Origin: an uncultured Aliarcobacter sp.
GTDB lineage: Bacteria; Campylobacterota; Campylobacteria; Campylobacterales; Arcobacteraceae
Direction of reading: 5' to 3'
Assembly: GCA_963664305.2 (NCBI GenBank)
Contig: CAXXLV010000002.1
Span: forward strand, 1,344,001 to 1,408,000
Length of the DNA: 64,000 bases
Shown one piece after another: positions 1 through 9,317 of this stretch. The translations under genes were made by a program, and so were the position numbers. The notes below the pieces were generated by a model, which was not told the origin of the DNA, searched no databases, and was given only the letters and a program-made list of their open reading frames with translations. The stretch's first letter is position 1. Each line of letters opens with the position of its first letter.

Positions 1-372
1 GAATATTTTTGTAATGTTGGAGATGAAATTTGGAATTTATCAAAAGATGAATTAAAAGAGTTTGCAATAAATGAACTTGTTAAAATTGATTTAATTGATA
101 AAAAAGATGTACTTGATTCAACAGTTATAAAAGTAGAAAAAGCTTATCCTGCATACTTTGGAAGTTATGATAATTTTGATGAAATCAAAAAATATATAAA
201 TACTATTGAAAATCTTTATTGTGTTGGAAGAAATGGAATGCATAGATACAATAACATGGACCATTCAATGCTAAGTGCAATGGAAGCTGTTAAGAATATA
301 AAAAACAATATAAAATCAAAAGATAATATTTGGTCTGTAAATACAGAAGAAGAGTATCACGAAAGTAAATAA
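1..372 (+). CDS. 3' end (partial) of an NAD(P)/FAD-dependent oxidoreductase, protoporphyrinogen-oxidase-like/UDP-galactopyranose-mutase-like family
   Basis: Frame 1 is open from the window edge to TAA at 370-372 (EYFCNVGDEIW...KAYPAYFGSY...VGRNGMHRYNNMDHSMLSAMEAV...EYHESK*). GRNGxHRYNNMDHS is typical of the C-terminus of this family. Absent from the ORF track because the start lies outside the window. Confidence 0.75.
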   Translation, partial: EYFCNVGDEIWNLSKDELKEFAINELVKIDLIDKKDVLDSTVIKVEKAYPAYFGSYDNFDEIKKYINTIENLYCVGRNGMHRYNNMDHSMLSAMEAVKNIKNNIKSKDNIWSVNTEEEYHESK

Positions 373-392
373 ATCCTAAAAAGGATTTATTT
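367..392. terminator. Bidirectional intrinsic terminator between convergent genes
   Basis: AAATAAATCCT-AAAA-AGGATTTATTT inverted repeat. Confidence 0.65.
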
Positions 393-833
393 TTAATAAG
401 CAGTTATACCTATGTAACCTTCTTGTTGTTTTTCAATAACTTCAACAATTCCAGCTTGAGTATAAGAAATGCCATCTATAAAATCGCTTTCTTTCCATTT
501 CATTGTTTCCATTGTATTTCTACAAGCAACAAATTCCACGTCGTATTCCATCAAAGATTTTACTCTATTTAAAGTATTTGCATCATAATCTTTTTTTAAA
601 ACTCTTAAACCTTTACCATAAGCAACAACAACTATTTTTAAACTCTCACTTGGATACTCTTTTAAAATATTATACATTGAACCAATTGTATGATTTACAG
701 TTTCTAAATCACCTACATATAAAGAATATACAACTTTTCTGGGATTATCAAAAGTTGGTTGAGGGTCACTAAATTTTGATTCAGCAAATGAAAATATTGC
801 CAATAAAGAAATTAATAAAATTTTTTTAATCAT
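393..833 (-). CDS. Exported DsrE/DsrF-like sulfur-relay family protein
   Basis: Sec signal peptide; 'IVVVAYGKGL' and 'FVACRNTM' (conserved Cys) and 'AGIVEVIEKQQEGY' match the DsrE fold; last gene of the sox cluster. Confidence 0.8.
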   Translation of the reverse strand: MIKKILLISLLAIFSFAESKFSDPQPTFDNPRKVVYSLYVGDLETVNHTIGSMYNILKEYPSESLKIVVVAYGKGLRVLKKDYDANTLNRVKSLMEYDVEFVACRNTMETMKWKESDFIDGISYTQAGIVEVIEKQQEGYIGITAY

Positions 834-835
834 TT

Positions 836-1282
836 TTATCCTTTGATTTTTACTTCCATATCTTTAAATATGAAGCCACTTTTAATTATCTTACAATAAA
901 GTCCCCTATGAGCTTTTAATAGTTGTGGTAAATTTTTACCAAAAACACTCAAATGATTACAAACAGTACAAACTTGTGTTATTTCAATAATAGCATCACC
1001 TATTATTAGATTTGTTCCAACTTCTAAATCGTGTGGGTCAAAATCTAATAAAATATTTTCTCCTAAACTCCCAAACTCTAAATTTATACCTTCTTCAAGT
1101 GCTATTTCATAAGATTTCAATCCTACAATCATAACTGTTTGCTCAAGTTTTTTTCCAGCAAATTTATCATTTTCTATTCCAAAATTTTCTATTAGATTTA
1201 ACTCTTTTACCTTTGGTCTTGGAAGTCCACTTGACTCTTTTGTAGCACTAAATATTTCTAATACTTTTCCTAATTTTTTCAT
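836..1282 (-). CDS. MOSC-domain protein (YiiM-like)
   Basis: GIENDK, 'GSLGENIL', 'ITQVCTVC' and 'RGLYCKII..G' motifs. Confidence 0.85.
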   Translation of the reverse strand: MKKLGKVLEIFSATKESSGLPRPKVKELNLIENFGIENDKFAGKKLEQTVMIVGLKSYEIALEEGINLEFGSLGENILLDFDPHDLEVGTNLIIGDAIIEITQVCTVCNHLSVFGKNLPQLLKAHRGLYCKIIKSGFIFKDMEVKIKG

Positions 1283-2077
1283 TTATTTCACATTCTCTTT
1301 TAAAATTTCTAAAAAATCATCTTTTACCCAAGCACCTGGATACTGTTTTATAAAAGTTCCATCTTTTGATAAAATAAAAAATGTTGGTGTTATCTTTTTA
1401 TAAACTTTTTGTAAATCAAAAGGTAGAGAAGATTCGTCCATATCATTTTTTACAAAAACATAATTTTTATCCATCTCTTTTTTTACTTCATCTAGATTTA
1501 AAACATCCCTATCCATTCTTTTACAAAAGAAACATGATTTTGATGTTGCATAAACTATGATTTTTTTATTTTCCAATTTTGCTTTTTCTAAAATTTTCTT
1601 TTCATCTACAAATGAAGATTTTAAAACTCTTTTATCTATTTGATTTGAATTATTACTATATTCCATAAAATAAATTGCTAGATTTTTATAATCATCATCT
1701 GATAATAAACCTTTCATCGAAAGTTTCGTTTCATAAAAAGGTAAAATATGTTCATCACAAATTGAATTAAATCTATCAGGATTTTCTAAATAGGATTTTA
1801 AATAATTTTCTATTTCTATTTCTTGCATCTCAACATCACTTGAATCACCTATTTTTTTAGGACTTTCCATAATTGCATAAGCTATCATATTTGCTGTTGG
1901 AGCTTTTAAATTAAGTAACTTATTATTCTTTTCAAAGAAATTCTCTTTTATAGTATTCATTGAAATATAATCAATATGACAAGATGAACATTTGCTTTTA
2001 AAAACAATTTCACCTTCTTTGAAATCTGCAAATAGATTAAGAATAAAAAAAAGAGTTAAACATAAAATTTTTATCAA
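1283..2077 (-). CDS. Periplasmic c-type cytochrome fused to a SoxW-like thioredoxin domain
   Basis: TTG start with AAGGA RBS; signal peptide; CSSCH haem motif near the N-terminus; C-terminal 'SCFFCKRMD' CxxC and 'ITPTFF' cis-Pro thioredoxin motif. Confidence 0.75.
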   Translation of the reverse strand: MIKILCLTLFFILNLFADFKEGEIVFKSKCSSCHIDYISMNTIKENFFEKNNKLLNLKAPTANMIAYAIMESPKKIGDSSDVEMQEIEIENYLKSYLENPDRFNSICDEHILPFYETKLSMKGLLSDDDYKNLAIYFMEYSNNSNQIDKRVLKSSFVDEKKILEKAKLENKKIIVYATSKSCFFCKRMDRDVLNLDEVKKEMDKNYVFVKNDMDESSLPFDLQKVYKKITPTFFILSKDGTFIKQYPGAWVKDDFLEILKENVK

Positions 2078-2131
2078 AATAAAATCCTTTTCAACTTAAA
2101 AAATATTTTGATAAAAATATCTATTAAATTG

Positions 2132-2160
2132 AAAAAGTATAAAGAATATCTTTATACTTT
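2132..2160 (-). terminator. Intrinsic terminator downstream of soxB
   Basis: AAAGTATAAAGA-ATA-TCTTTATACTTT hairpin with a U-run on the minus strand. Confidence 0.6.
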
Positions 2161-2170
2161 CTCTTTGAAA

Positions 2171-3937
2171 TTAGATAATTCCAGGATTACCTTTTACTCC
2201 AATAATATCAGGAGTATCAACTTTGATATTACTAATATGTTTTACATTTTTTAAATATGTTTCAACAGTTTCCCAAACAGGTTCACCCTCACTTTGAGCT
2301 CCAACAGTTGACCAACCAGCAACTTTATATGCTTTAGAAGCATCAAGTTTTTCACCAGTTTTTGTAAGAACAATGTCAGAAATTCTTTCACCCATTTTTG
2401 CTTTTGGATTAATTTTATATGAAATTCCACCTGTTCTTACCATATCTCCACCTTGTTGATAGAATGGATCTTCGTTAAATAAGTTATCAGCAACATCTTC
2501 TAAAATGTTTTTAATATCAGCACCTTTGATATCTCTTGCATAAGTTTCTGGATATGTCATAGCTGTTTGAGTCATTAAATCATCAAATGTGATTGTTTGA
2601 CCTGGCATTACAGACGTTCCCCATCTAAATCCTGGAGATAATGAAATTTGTGCTTCTTTAACTTCTAAAAGTGCATCACAAATAATTTGGTCCCAAGAAC
2701 CATTAAAGTTCCCTCTTCTAAATAGAGTTTGTTCCGTTGTAGCTATTTCTCTTGTCAGTTCTTTTAAGAAAGGAAGTCTTACATCTTCGATATATTTTTT
2801 CATATCTTTATCTTCTGTAATTAAATCAGAGAAAATAGGTAATAAAGTAAATTTAAAGTCTTTGATTTTTCCATTTTGAATATCTAAATCTAGAACATTT
2901 AAGAATTTACCATTTGATCCAGCGTTACAAACATAAGTTGTTCCACTTGCATTTTTAACTGGAACTGCTTCTGGAACACCATCATGAGTATGTCCACCCA
3001 TAATAAAATCTATTCCTGTACAAACTTCAGCCATTTTTTTATCTGTATCAAATCCGTTGTGAGATAAAACAATAATTGCATCTGGTTTTTCTTCAGCTTT
3101 AATTTTGTTTACAATCTCTTGCATTTTGTCATCTTTAATACCAAATGTCCAATCAGGGATAAATCTTTGAGGATTTGCAATAGTTGTATATGGGAATGCT
3201 TGACCAATAATAGCAACTCTTGCTTTTCCTAATTGTTTGATAGTATAAGGTTTAAATGCTAATCCACTATCTTCATCATAAGCTTCTGCACCATTCATAA
3301 GTGCATCTTCTTTAACAAAAACATTTTGAGCTAAAAACTCAGCATTTAATGCTTTTACATTTTCTAAAACTTCTTCAGCTTTATATGTAAATTCCCAGTG
3401 ACCAACAGCAACATCAACACCAAGTAAATTCATAGCACCAACCATGTCTTTTCCTCTTGTCCAAAGTGCTGTTGCAGTTCCTTGCCAAGTATCTCCACCA
3501 TCTAATAAAAGAGTTTTTTCTTTTCCAAAACTATTTCTTAAAAAATCAACAACAGTTTTAATTTGAGCAAAACCACCTGTTTTTCCCATTACTTTTGCAT
3601 GTTCTTCAAAATTTACACATGAATATGCATACTCTAATCTTTTATTACCTTTGATTCCATAATAATCAAGGAATTTTTCACCAACAATATGAGGTGGTTT
3701 TCCTAAATTACCAAATAATCCAAGATTAACACTTGGTTCTCTAAAATACACAGGTAACAACTGTGCATGAGAATCTGTCATATGTAATAATCTTGCATTC
3801 CCAAATGGCTTTAATTTATAATAATCTTCTAACTTGTTTATTGTTTCAACCATTCTTGTATGTGAATTTGCAAACACAGGAGCAGCACCAAGTACAGCCA
3901 TCATATAAACAAATTCTCTTCTACTTAATTTACTCAT
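2171..3937 (-). CDS. soxB: Thiosulfohydrolase SoxB
   Basis: Tat motif SRREFV; 5'-nucleotidase-family motifs HMTDSHAQL, YFREPSVN, DGGDTWQG, GHWEFT, LSHNG, GGHTHD, DPFYQQGGDM. Confidence 0.97.
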   Translation of the reverse strand: MSKLSRREFVYMMAVLGAAPVFANSHTRMVETINKLEDYYKLKPFGNARLLHMTDSHAQLLPVYFREPSVNLGLFGNLGKPPHIVGEKFLDYYGIKGNKRLEYAYSCVNFEEHAKVMGKTGGFAQIKTVVDFLRNSFGKEKTLLLDGGDTWQGTATALWTRGKDMVGAMNLLGVDVAVGHWEFTYKAEEVLENVKALNAEFLAQNVFVKEDALMNGAEAYDEDSGLAFKPYTIKQLGKARVAIIGQAFPYTTIANPQRFIPDWTFGIKDDKMQEIVNKIKAEEKPDAIIVLSHNGFDTDKKMAEVCTGIDFIMGGHTHDGVPEAVPVKNASGTTYVCNAGSNGKFLNVLDLDIQNGKIKDFKFTLLPIFSDLITEDKDMKKYIEDVRLPFLKELTREIATTEQTLFRRGNFNGSWDQIICDALLEVKEAQISLSPGFRWGTSVMPGQTITFDDLMTQTAMTYPETYARDIKGADIKNILEDVADNLFNEDPFYQQGGDMVRTGGISYKINPKAKMGERISDIVLTKTGEKLDASKAYKVAGWSTVGAQSEGEPVWETVETYLKNVKHISNIKVDTPDIIGVKGNPGII

Positions 3938-4043
3938 TTTTTTACCTTATTTATTATTAATATACATAAATATGAACTTGAAAAAAAGCTCAAATTTATA
4001 TAAAAATTTCTATTTTCAGCAAGTTTTACTATTTTTTGACAAT

Positions 4044-4072
4044 AAAAAAAGCCAAGAGTTAAATCTTGACTT
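4044..4072 (-). terminator. Intrinsic terminator between the soxCDXYZA-orf unit and soxB
   Basis: Minus strand AAGTCAAGA-TTTAAC-TCTTGGCTT followed by a U-run. Confidence 0.6.
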
Positions 4073-4101
4073 CTTTTAAAGTAGACATATTGACTAAAAT
4101 A

Positions 4102-4524
4102 TTAATATTTATAGCCGTCACTTGGACTAGCTAATTTCCAAGTTGTTTTTGCTTCTTCTTCTTGAACTAAAGCACTAATTGCAAAAGAACAAGCTCTCCA
4201 AGCACCAAACTCTATTGTTGCTTCTTCAGTTTTTTTACCTTTGTTATCAACAATATCAATTGTTTTTGCACCACTTTTTAAAGAGTTATTAACTGCTTCA
4301 ATATATTGGCTAGCTTTCATCCCAAGTCTCATAAATTCAACTTTGTGTTTTACAGCAATTTCATTATATTTTGCAGCTGTTTCAATAACTTTTTCTATAC
4401 CATTAGCTTGAACATTACACTCTTTTTTAACATCTAATTTAGATATTTCAGAAGCACCTAAAGTTGTTAGTCCTAAAGTTGATAATGCTGTAACTGTTGC
4501 GAATTTTAAAATTGTTTTTTTCAT
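4102..4524 (-). CDS. Exported hypothetical protein (140 aa) between soxA and soxB; positional SoxK-like candidate
   Basis: Start reassigned to ATG at 4524 (MKKTILKFATV...) with AAGGTG RBS just after the soxA stop; signal peptide; two Cys. Confidence 0.7.
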   Translation of the reverse strand: MKKTILKFATVTALSTLGLTTLGASEISKLDVKKECNVQANGIEKVIETAAKYNEIAVKHKVEFMRLGMKASQYIEAVNNSLKSGAKTIDIVDNKGKKTEEATIEFGAWRACSFAISALVQEEEAKTTWKLASPSDGYKY

Positions 4525-4537
4525 AATCTTCACCTTA

Positions 4538-5452
4538 TTACTTTCTAATATCTGGACCGTCAATTGCCATTCCATTTGACATATAAGCCATGAAATAGAT
4601 TAACTCTTTCATTTGTGTACTTTCGTCTTTTGGAGCAACTTGCCCTTGGTCAACTATACAACCTGATAATCTTCTCTCTAATGTACCTAAATCTTCCCAT
4701 TTTAATCTATGAACAGGGAATTGAGTTATTTGTCCAGTTAATGGAGAAAGTTTTTCATTTCTAACTCTTTGTCCTGCACCTTGAACGTGACAAGTTGCAC
4801 AAGATAATTTTAGATAACCTCTTTGAGTATAGTAATATTCTTTACCATTTTCGTATGCTTTTTTAGCTGCTTCACTTTGAATTTTAATGTCAAATTTTTT
4901 ACCAGCTTCAGTTGTAGCATTTACTAAATATGCTTGAATATTAGCCATATCACCTTTTTGAGTATTAAACTCTTTTTCGCCATTGTCTCTTAAACAATCA
5001 TTAACTGCTGATGTTAAAGAAACAACATCTTTTTTCTTTTCATCATAATATGGGTAAAGATTTGCTACAGCTGGATCAGGGAAACAAGTTGCAAATGAAT
5101 TACCATTAGCAAATTTTTTGTTATATAACTCTTCACCTGCATCAATAGCATCTTCATAAGGTGGCATCTCTTTTATAGCTTCATATTGAGCTTTAGCATC
5201 TTTTGAAAATGCATAAGTTCCAATGTTAAAATCATTATGTTTTAAACCTTTTGCATAATCATTTTTTAATTCTTCACTTGTTGAATAAGGAAAGAATTTA
5301 TCTTTATTTTTTTCTGGATCTTCAAATTTTGCTTCAAAATATTTGATCATTGCAATTCTGTCTTTTTCAGCTCCAGCACTAAAATCTGCAGCATTTAAAG
5401 AATATGCTGCTAGAACTAAAAGTGCAGTTGATTTAGCAATTTTTAATAACAT
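4538..5452 (-). CDS. soxA: Sulfur oxidation c-type cytochrome SoxA (monohaem type)
   Basis: One CATCH haem motif, 'RRLSGC' active-site Cys, degenerate first haem site (FATCF ... NDCL), C-terminal GPDIRK. Confidence 0.95.
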   Translation of the reverse strand: MLLKIAKSTALLVLAAYSLNAADFSAGAEKDRIAMIKYFEAKFEDPEKNKDKFFPYSTSEELKNDYAKGLKHNDFNIGTYAFSKDAKAQYEAIKEMPPYEDAIDAGEELYNKKFANGNSFATCFPDPAVANLYPYYDEKKKDVVSLTSAVNDCLRDNGEKEFNTQKGDMANIQAYLVNATTEAGKKFDIKIQSEAAKKAYENGKEYYYTQRGYLKLSCATCHVQGAGQRVRNEKLSPLTGQITQFPVHRLKWEDLGTLERRLSGCIVDQGQVAPKDESTQMKELIYFMAYMSNGMAIDGPDIRK

Positions 5453-5488
5453 GGTTTCTCTCCTTTTTGATTTAATTACTTGAAGTAA

Positions 5489-5794
5489 TTATTTGATTTT
5501 CTCACTACTTACGTCAGTATTACCTTTTAAATCTTTCCATGTTAATTCAATTTCATCACCAACATTTGCACCTTTAAATGAGAATTTTAAATAAGGGTCT
5601 TTTGATAAAAATTGAGAAGTTGATGCTTCATATACAACTTTATCTCCAACTTTTGCAACAACATAAGTGATGAAGTTTGCTTCTTTTTTTGCTCTTTCAG
5701 CTTCTTGATAACTTAACATTGGGTGAGATGCTAATGCTTTAACTTCAACAATTCCATCTTTTAATTTTGCTTTAATTTTTGTAGTACCTGCCAT
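5489..5794 (-). CDS. soxZ: Sulfur carrier subunit SoxZ
   Basis: 'HPMLS', 'LSKDPYLKFSF' and 'WKDLKG' motifs. Confidence 0.95.
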   Translation of the reverse strand: MAGTTKIKAKLKDGIVEVKALASHPMLSYQEAERAKKEANFITYVVAKVGDKVVYEASTSQFLSKDPYLKFSFKGANVGDEIELTWKDLKGNTDVSSEKIK

Positions 5795-5857
5795 TTTATT
5801 TTCCTTTAAATTTTTTATTTTTCTATATTAATTAAATGATAATTTAGTTGAGTTAAA

Positions 5858-6310
5858 TCAACCACCACATCCACCAATAGTAACTTTTACTAATTTAGAA
5901 ACTGCGTGTAATTTACCTTCTGCTTCAGCAACAACTGTTACAGTTCCTGTTTTTGCCATTTTAATTCTGATTGCATAATCTGCAACGCTAAATTCATTTA
6001 AAGAGAATATAGCAACAGCACTTTCTGGGTTTGCATCTTGGAATACTGCAATTTTTGTAGCTTTTAATTGAGTATCAAAAGATACAGGAATAACTGCACC
6101 ATTTTCAGCAATATCAGGAGCACTTAAATTAATTCCACCTTCAACAGTAGCTGATGTTCCAAAAAGTTCTTTTATAGCTTCATCAACTTTAGTTGCTTTC
6201 CATGCATTTGGTTTTGTTTCTCTAAAATCAACCGCACTTAATTTACCTGGAATTGCAGCAATTGCAATTGCACCTAATCCTAAACCTAAAAAATTTCTTC
6301 TATTAATCAT
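5858..6310 (-). CDS. soxY: Sulfur carrier protein SoxY
   Basis: Tat motif NRRNFL; APDIAENG; C-terminal VKVTIGGCGG swinging arm. Confidence 0.98.
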   Translation of the reverse strand: MINRRNFLGLGLGAIAIAAIPGKLSAVDFRETKPNAWKATKVDEAIKELFGTSATVEGGINLSAPDIAENGAVIPVSFDTQLKATKIAVFQDANPESAVAIFSLNEFSVADYAIRIKMAKTGTVTVVAEAEGKLHAVSKLVKVTIGGCGG

Positions 6311-6326
6311 TTCAATTTCCTTTTTA

Positions 6327-6680
6327 TTAATTTATCGTTTTTAAATATGCAACAACTGCTTTAATTTCTTCATCAGTTAACCATCCATTTTTACCAAATG
6401 CAGGCATAGCAGAAATAGGATTTGAAGTATATGGATCAAATACTTTTTCATATAATGCTTCTTCAGGCCAAGCTGCTAAATATTGTAATACTGGTCCCAT
6501 TGTTCCTGGTCCATCTAATGTTTTACCATTAATTGCGTGGCAAGCTATACAATTTCCCTTAGTATTAGTTGTAAAGATTTTTTCACCTTTTTTAACTAAT
6601 TCATCATCAGCTGCAAAACCACTTACAGCAATAAAACCACTTATTGCTGTTGCTGTTATTAAATTCTTGATTATATTCAT
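6327..6680 (-). CDS. soxX: Sulfur oxidation c-type cytochrome SoxX
   Basis: GNCIACH, 'GTMGP' and 'MPAFG' motifs; signal peptide; position in the sox cluster. Confidence 0.95.
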   Translation of the reverse strand: MNIIKNLITATAISGFIAVSGFAADDELVKKGEKIFTTNTKGNCIACHAINGKTLDGPGTMGPVLQYLAAWPEEALYEKVFDPYTSNPISAMPAFGKNGWLTDEEIKAVVAYLKTIN

Positions 6681-6695
6681 AGCACTCTCCTTTAA

Positions 6696-7880
6696 TTATT
6701 TACTAGAATTAATCATGTAATCGATTATTTCTTTTATTTTTTCATCACTAAAGTCTGTTCCACCTTTAGGAGGCATAGCATTTATACCATTTATTGCATT
6801 ATGATAAACTTTATCCACTCCCTTTTCTGTCACTTTAGCCCATGCCACTTTGTCACCTACTACAGGTGCCCCAATAGCAGGGTTTCCATGACATGCAGAA
6901 CAACTAGCTTCATAATCAGCTTGTCCTGGTTTTACAGAATTTGCATCAACTTTTGGTAAACTTCTTTCAACTGACATCGGTTGATTTGAGTTAGCTGTTA
7001 AATCTATATTAATTTTCATTAAAAGATTATTTACATCTTCTTTTATACAATCTTTCATACATCTTGTACCTGTTCCATAAATTTTTGGATCAGATAATAA
7101 TGCTGTCATATTTTTAACTCCATCTCTTGGATTTGGAGTATCAACTTCTGGATAGAAACCATCATGATTTGGCATGATAACTTTCATTAGTTTTTCTTTA
7201 TCTAAAACATATTCATCATCAAGTTCTTCACCATCAATAGTAATATTATTTACAGATAATAAATAAGCTGTAATTGCATATGTTTCACTATTTGTTAAAC
7301 TTTTTGGATGTGGGAATGGCATTGAATCTTGAACATACCAATAAAGTGTACTTGCAAATGGCCAATATGAACCAATTGTTCTAACTGGTGTATCAGGATT
7401 TGGATGTTCATCCGCTGGATTTAATCTTTGAATTTTTAATGATTCTTTTGAACCACCAGCAAGCGTTGGATAACCTTTACCTCCTGAACCAAAATCTCCA
7501 TGACACATAGCACATTGAGCATCATATAATTCATTTCCAAGTTCTACTGAACCTTCAGCTTTTTTAGGTTTTCCATCATCACCAAGTACAACTTCACCCT
7601 CTTTCATATCAAATTCAGGTAAACCTGTTCCATCTGGTTTTACATCTACATTCCAAGCTGTGATTTCTCTTTTTGTAGGAGTTCTTCCAATAGCTGAATT
7701 TTTTACTTCTTGTGTATTCACATAATAAGAAGAATATTTTCCATCTTTTGTTGGATATTTTACTGCTCCATCAACTGATGTCTCTTTTGTTGCAGCCATT
7801 GCAGAAGTTGCTAGTAAAGTTGATAAACCAACACTAAGAAGAGTAGTTTTAAGCTTTTTTGTGTTTTCTAATTTGAACAT
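6696..7880 (-). CDS. soxD: Sulfur dehydrogenase cytochrome subunit SoxD (dihaem)
   Basis: Start reassigned to ATG at 7880 (AGGAGAG RBS); CAMCHG, 'TIGSYWPFA', 'MPFPHP', 'RCMKDC'; second c5-like haem CSACH...MPPKGG. Confidence 0.93.
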   Translation of the reverse strand: MFKLENTKKLKTTLLSVGLSTLLATSAMAATKETSVDGAVKYPTKDGKYSSYYVNTQEVKNSAIGRTPTKREITAWNVDVKPDGTGLPEFDMKEGEVVLGDDGKPKKAEGSVELGNELYDAQCAMCHGDFGSGGKGYPTLAGGSKESLKIQRLNPADEHPNPDTPVRTIGSYWPFASTLYWYVQDSMPFPHPKSLTNSETYAITAYLLSVNNITIDGEELDDEYVLDKEKLMKVIMPNHDGFYPEVDTPNPRDGVKNMTALLSDPKIYGTGTRCMKDCIKEDVNNLLMKINIDLTANSNQPMSVERSLPKVDANSVKPGQADYEASCSACHGNPAIGAPVVGDKVAWAKVTEKGVDKVYHNAINGINAMPPKGGTDFSDEKIKEIIDYMINSSK

Positions 7881-9186
7881 TATTACACTCTCCTTTTTCA
7901 TTAATTTCCCAAGTTACAATTGCATTTCTATGATAAACTGATTCAACACCAACAGCAGATGTTTCTTGGTCGATTGTAGGTTGGATATTTCCAAAATCAT
8001 CATAAGATCTACTTGCTAATAATAAAGGTTTTCCATTCCATCTCATCACATAACTAAATCTTGTCCAAGATTTTGGTAATACTAAACCTTTTAATTTAGC
8101 TTCAACCCAATTATCTCCACCATCAAATGAGATATCAACACCTTTGATTGTTCCATGACCAGACCAAGCAATTCCTTCAATTTCTACTAACTCACCTTTT
8201 TTCAAGTTTGTCCATGGTTTTTCAGGACATGGGCTAGTAATTACCGAGTTAACTTCATTTACCCAGAAATATCTTATTGCTTTTCCAGATTTTTGAAGCA
8301 TTGTATATTTAGAAGTTTCTTCTTTTGAATGCCAAGGTTTATCACTAAATTCTAATCTTCTTAACCATTTAGTATTTAAGTTACCTTCCCATCCTGGAAC
8401 GATTAATCTTACAGGATATCCTTGTTCAGGTCTTAATGCTTCACCATTTTGTCCCCAAACTACCATTACGTCATCTAAAGCTTTATCAACAGGAATTGAT
8501 CTAGGATTAGAAGCATTATCGCTTCCTTCAGCTAACATCCAAACAGCATCTTTTTCTAAACCTAAGTCATCTAAAATAGTTTTTAACATAACTCCAGTCC
8601 ATTGAGCAGCACTCATAAGACCTTTCATAAATTGTAAACTGTTAAATTGTGGACCTCTCCACTCTGGACTTCCATTTGCAGGACACTCTATAAAGTAAAT
8701 TCTTGTTTCACTTGGATATTTTTTTAAATCATCTAAAGTTAAAACTATCTCTTTTTTAACTTTTCCATGAATCATTAATCTCCACTCATTTGGATCTACA
8801 TGAGCTGTTCCACCATGATCTCTTGTAAAGAATAAACCATTTGGTGTAATAATTCCTTCTGATTCATGAATTGGACACATAGATACAGAAGCATAAGAAT
8901 CCCCTGAAGAGAATAAATCATGTGTTCTTCTGATGTTATTATGTTCATAAGGTGATGGTACACCATATAAATTTTTATCTACTGGATCTCCTAATTTTTG
9001 TCCCCAAGGTGCATCATTTATAATTGCAGGATCGTCAGCTTTTGCTAAAACTGGTGATAATACAGACGCAGCACTTAAGGCTCCAGCAGAATAAATAGCA
9101 GTTTTTTTAAAAAATTCTCTTCTACTTGTTGTTTTTTCAACTGCATTAGAATTTTCTTTTATTTCTAAAACTTCGCTGTTTTTCAA
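7849..9186 (-). CDS. soxC: Sulfur dehydrogenase molybdopterin subunit SoxC
   Basis: TTG start with AGGAGG RBS; Tat SRREFFK; 'GIITPNGLFF', 'FIECPAN' (Mo-ligand Cys), 'QNGEALRPEQGYPVRL', 'PGWEG'. Confidence 0.95.
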   Translation of the reverse strand: MKNSEVLEIKENSNAVEKTTSRREFFKKTAIYSAGALSAASVLSPVLAKADDPAIINDAPWGQKLGDPVDKNLYGVPSPYEHNNIRRTHDLFSSGDSYASVSMCPIHESEGIITPNGLFFTRDHGGTAHVDPNEWRLMIHGKVKKEIVLTLDDLKKYPSETRIYFIECPANGSPEWRGPQFNSLQFMKGLMSAAQWTGVMLKTILDDLGLEKDAVWMLAEGSDNASNPRSIPVDKALDDVMVVWGQNGEALRPEQGYPVRLIVPGWEGNLNTKWLRRLEFSDKPWHSKEETSKYTMLQKSGKAIRYFWVNEVNSVITSPCPEKPWTNLKKGELVEIEGIAWSGHGTIKGVDISFDGGDNWVEAKLKGLVLPKSWTRFSYVMRWNGKPLLLASRSYDDFGNIQPTIDQETSAVGVESVYHRNAIVTWEINEKGECNNVQIRKHKKA

Positions 9187-9317
9187 CTTTAACCTCCTAT
9201 AAAATTTGACTATATTTATAAAAATTCTTCATCACAATAATTATAGATTTTATAAGTTAAAACAAAACTTAAAATATTAATTTATCTTATATTTTGATAG
9301 ATAAAATATTACTGATG

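Noticed and set aside
4525..4575. N-terminal extensions in the ORF track (also soxD, znuC, ccoI, ileS, 29626, 40005, 51144, 58240, 60327)
   Set aside because: Downstream starts have clear RBSs and avoid overlaps; starts were reassigned
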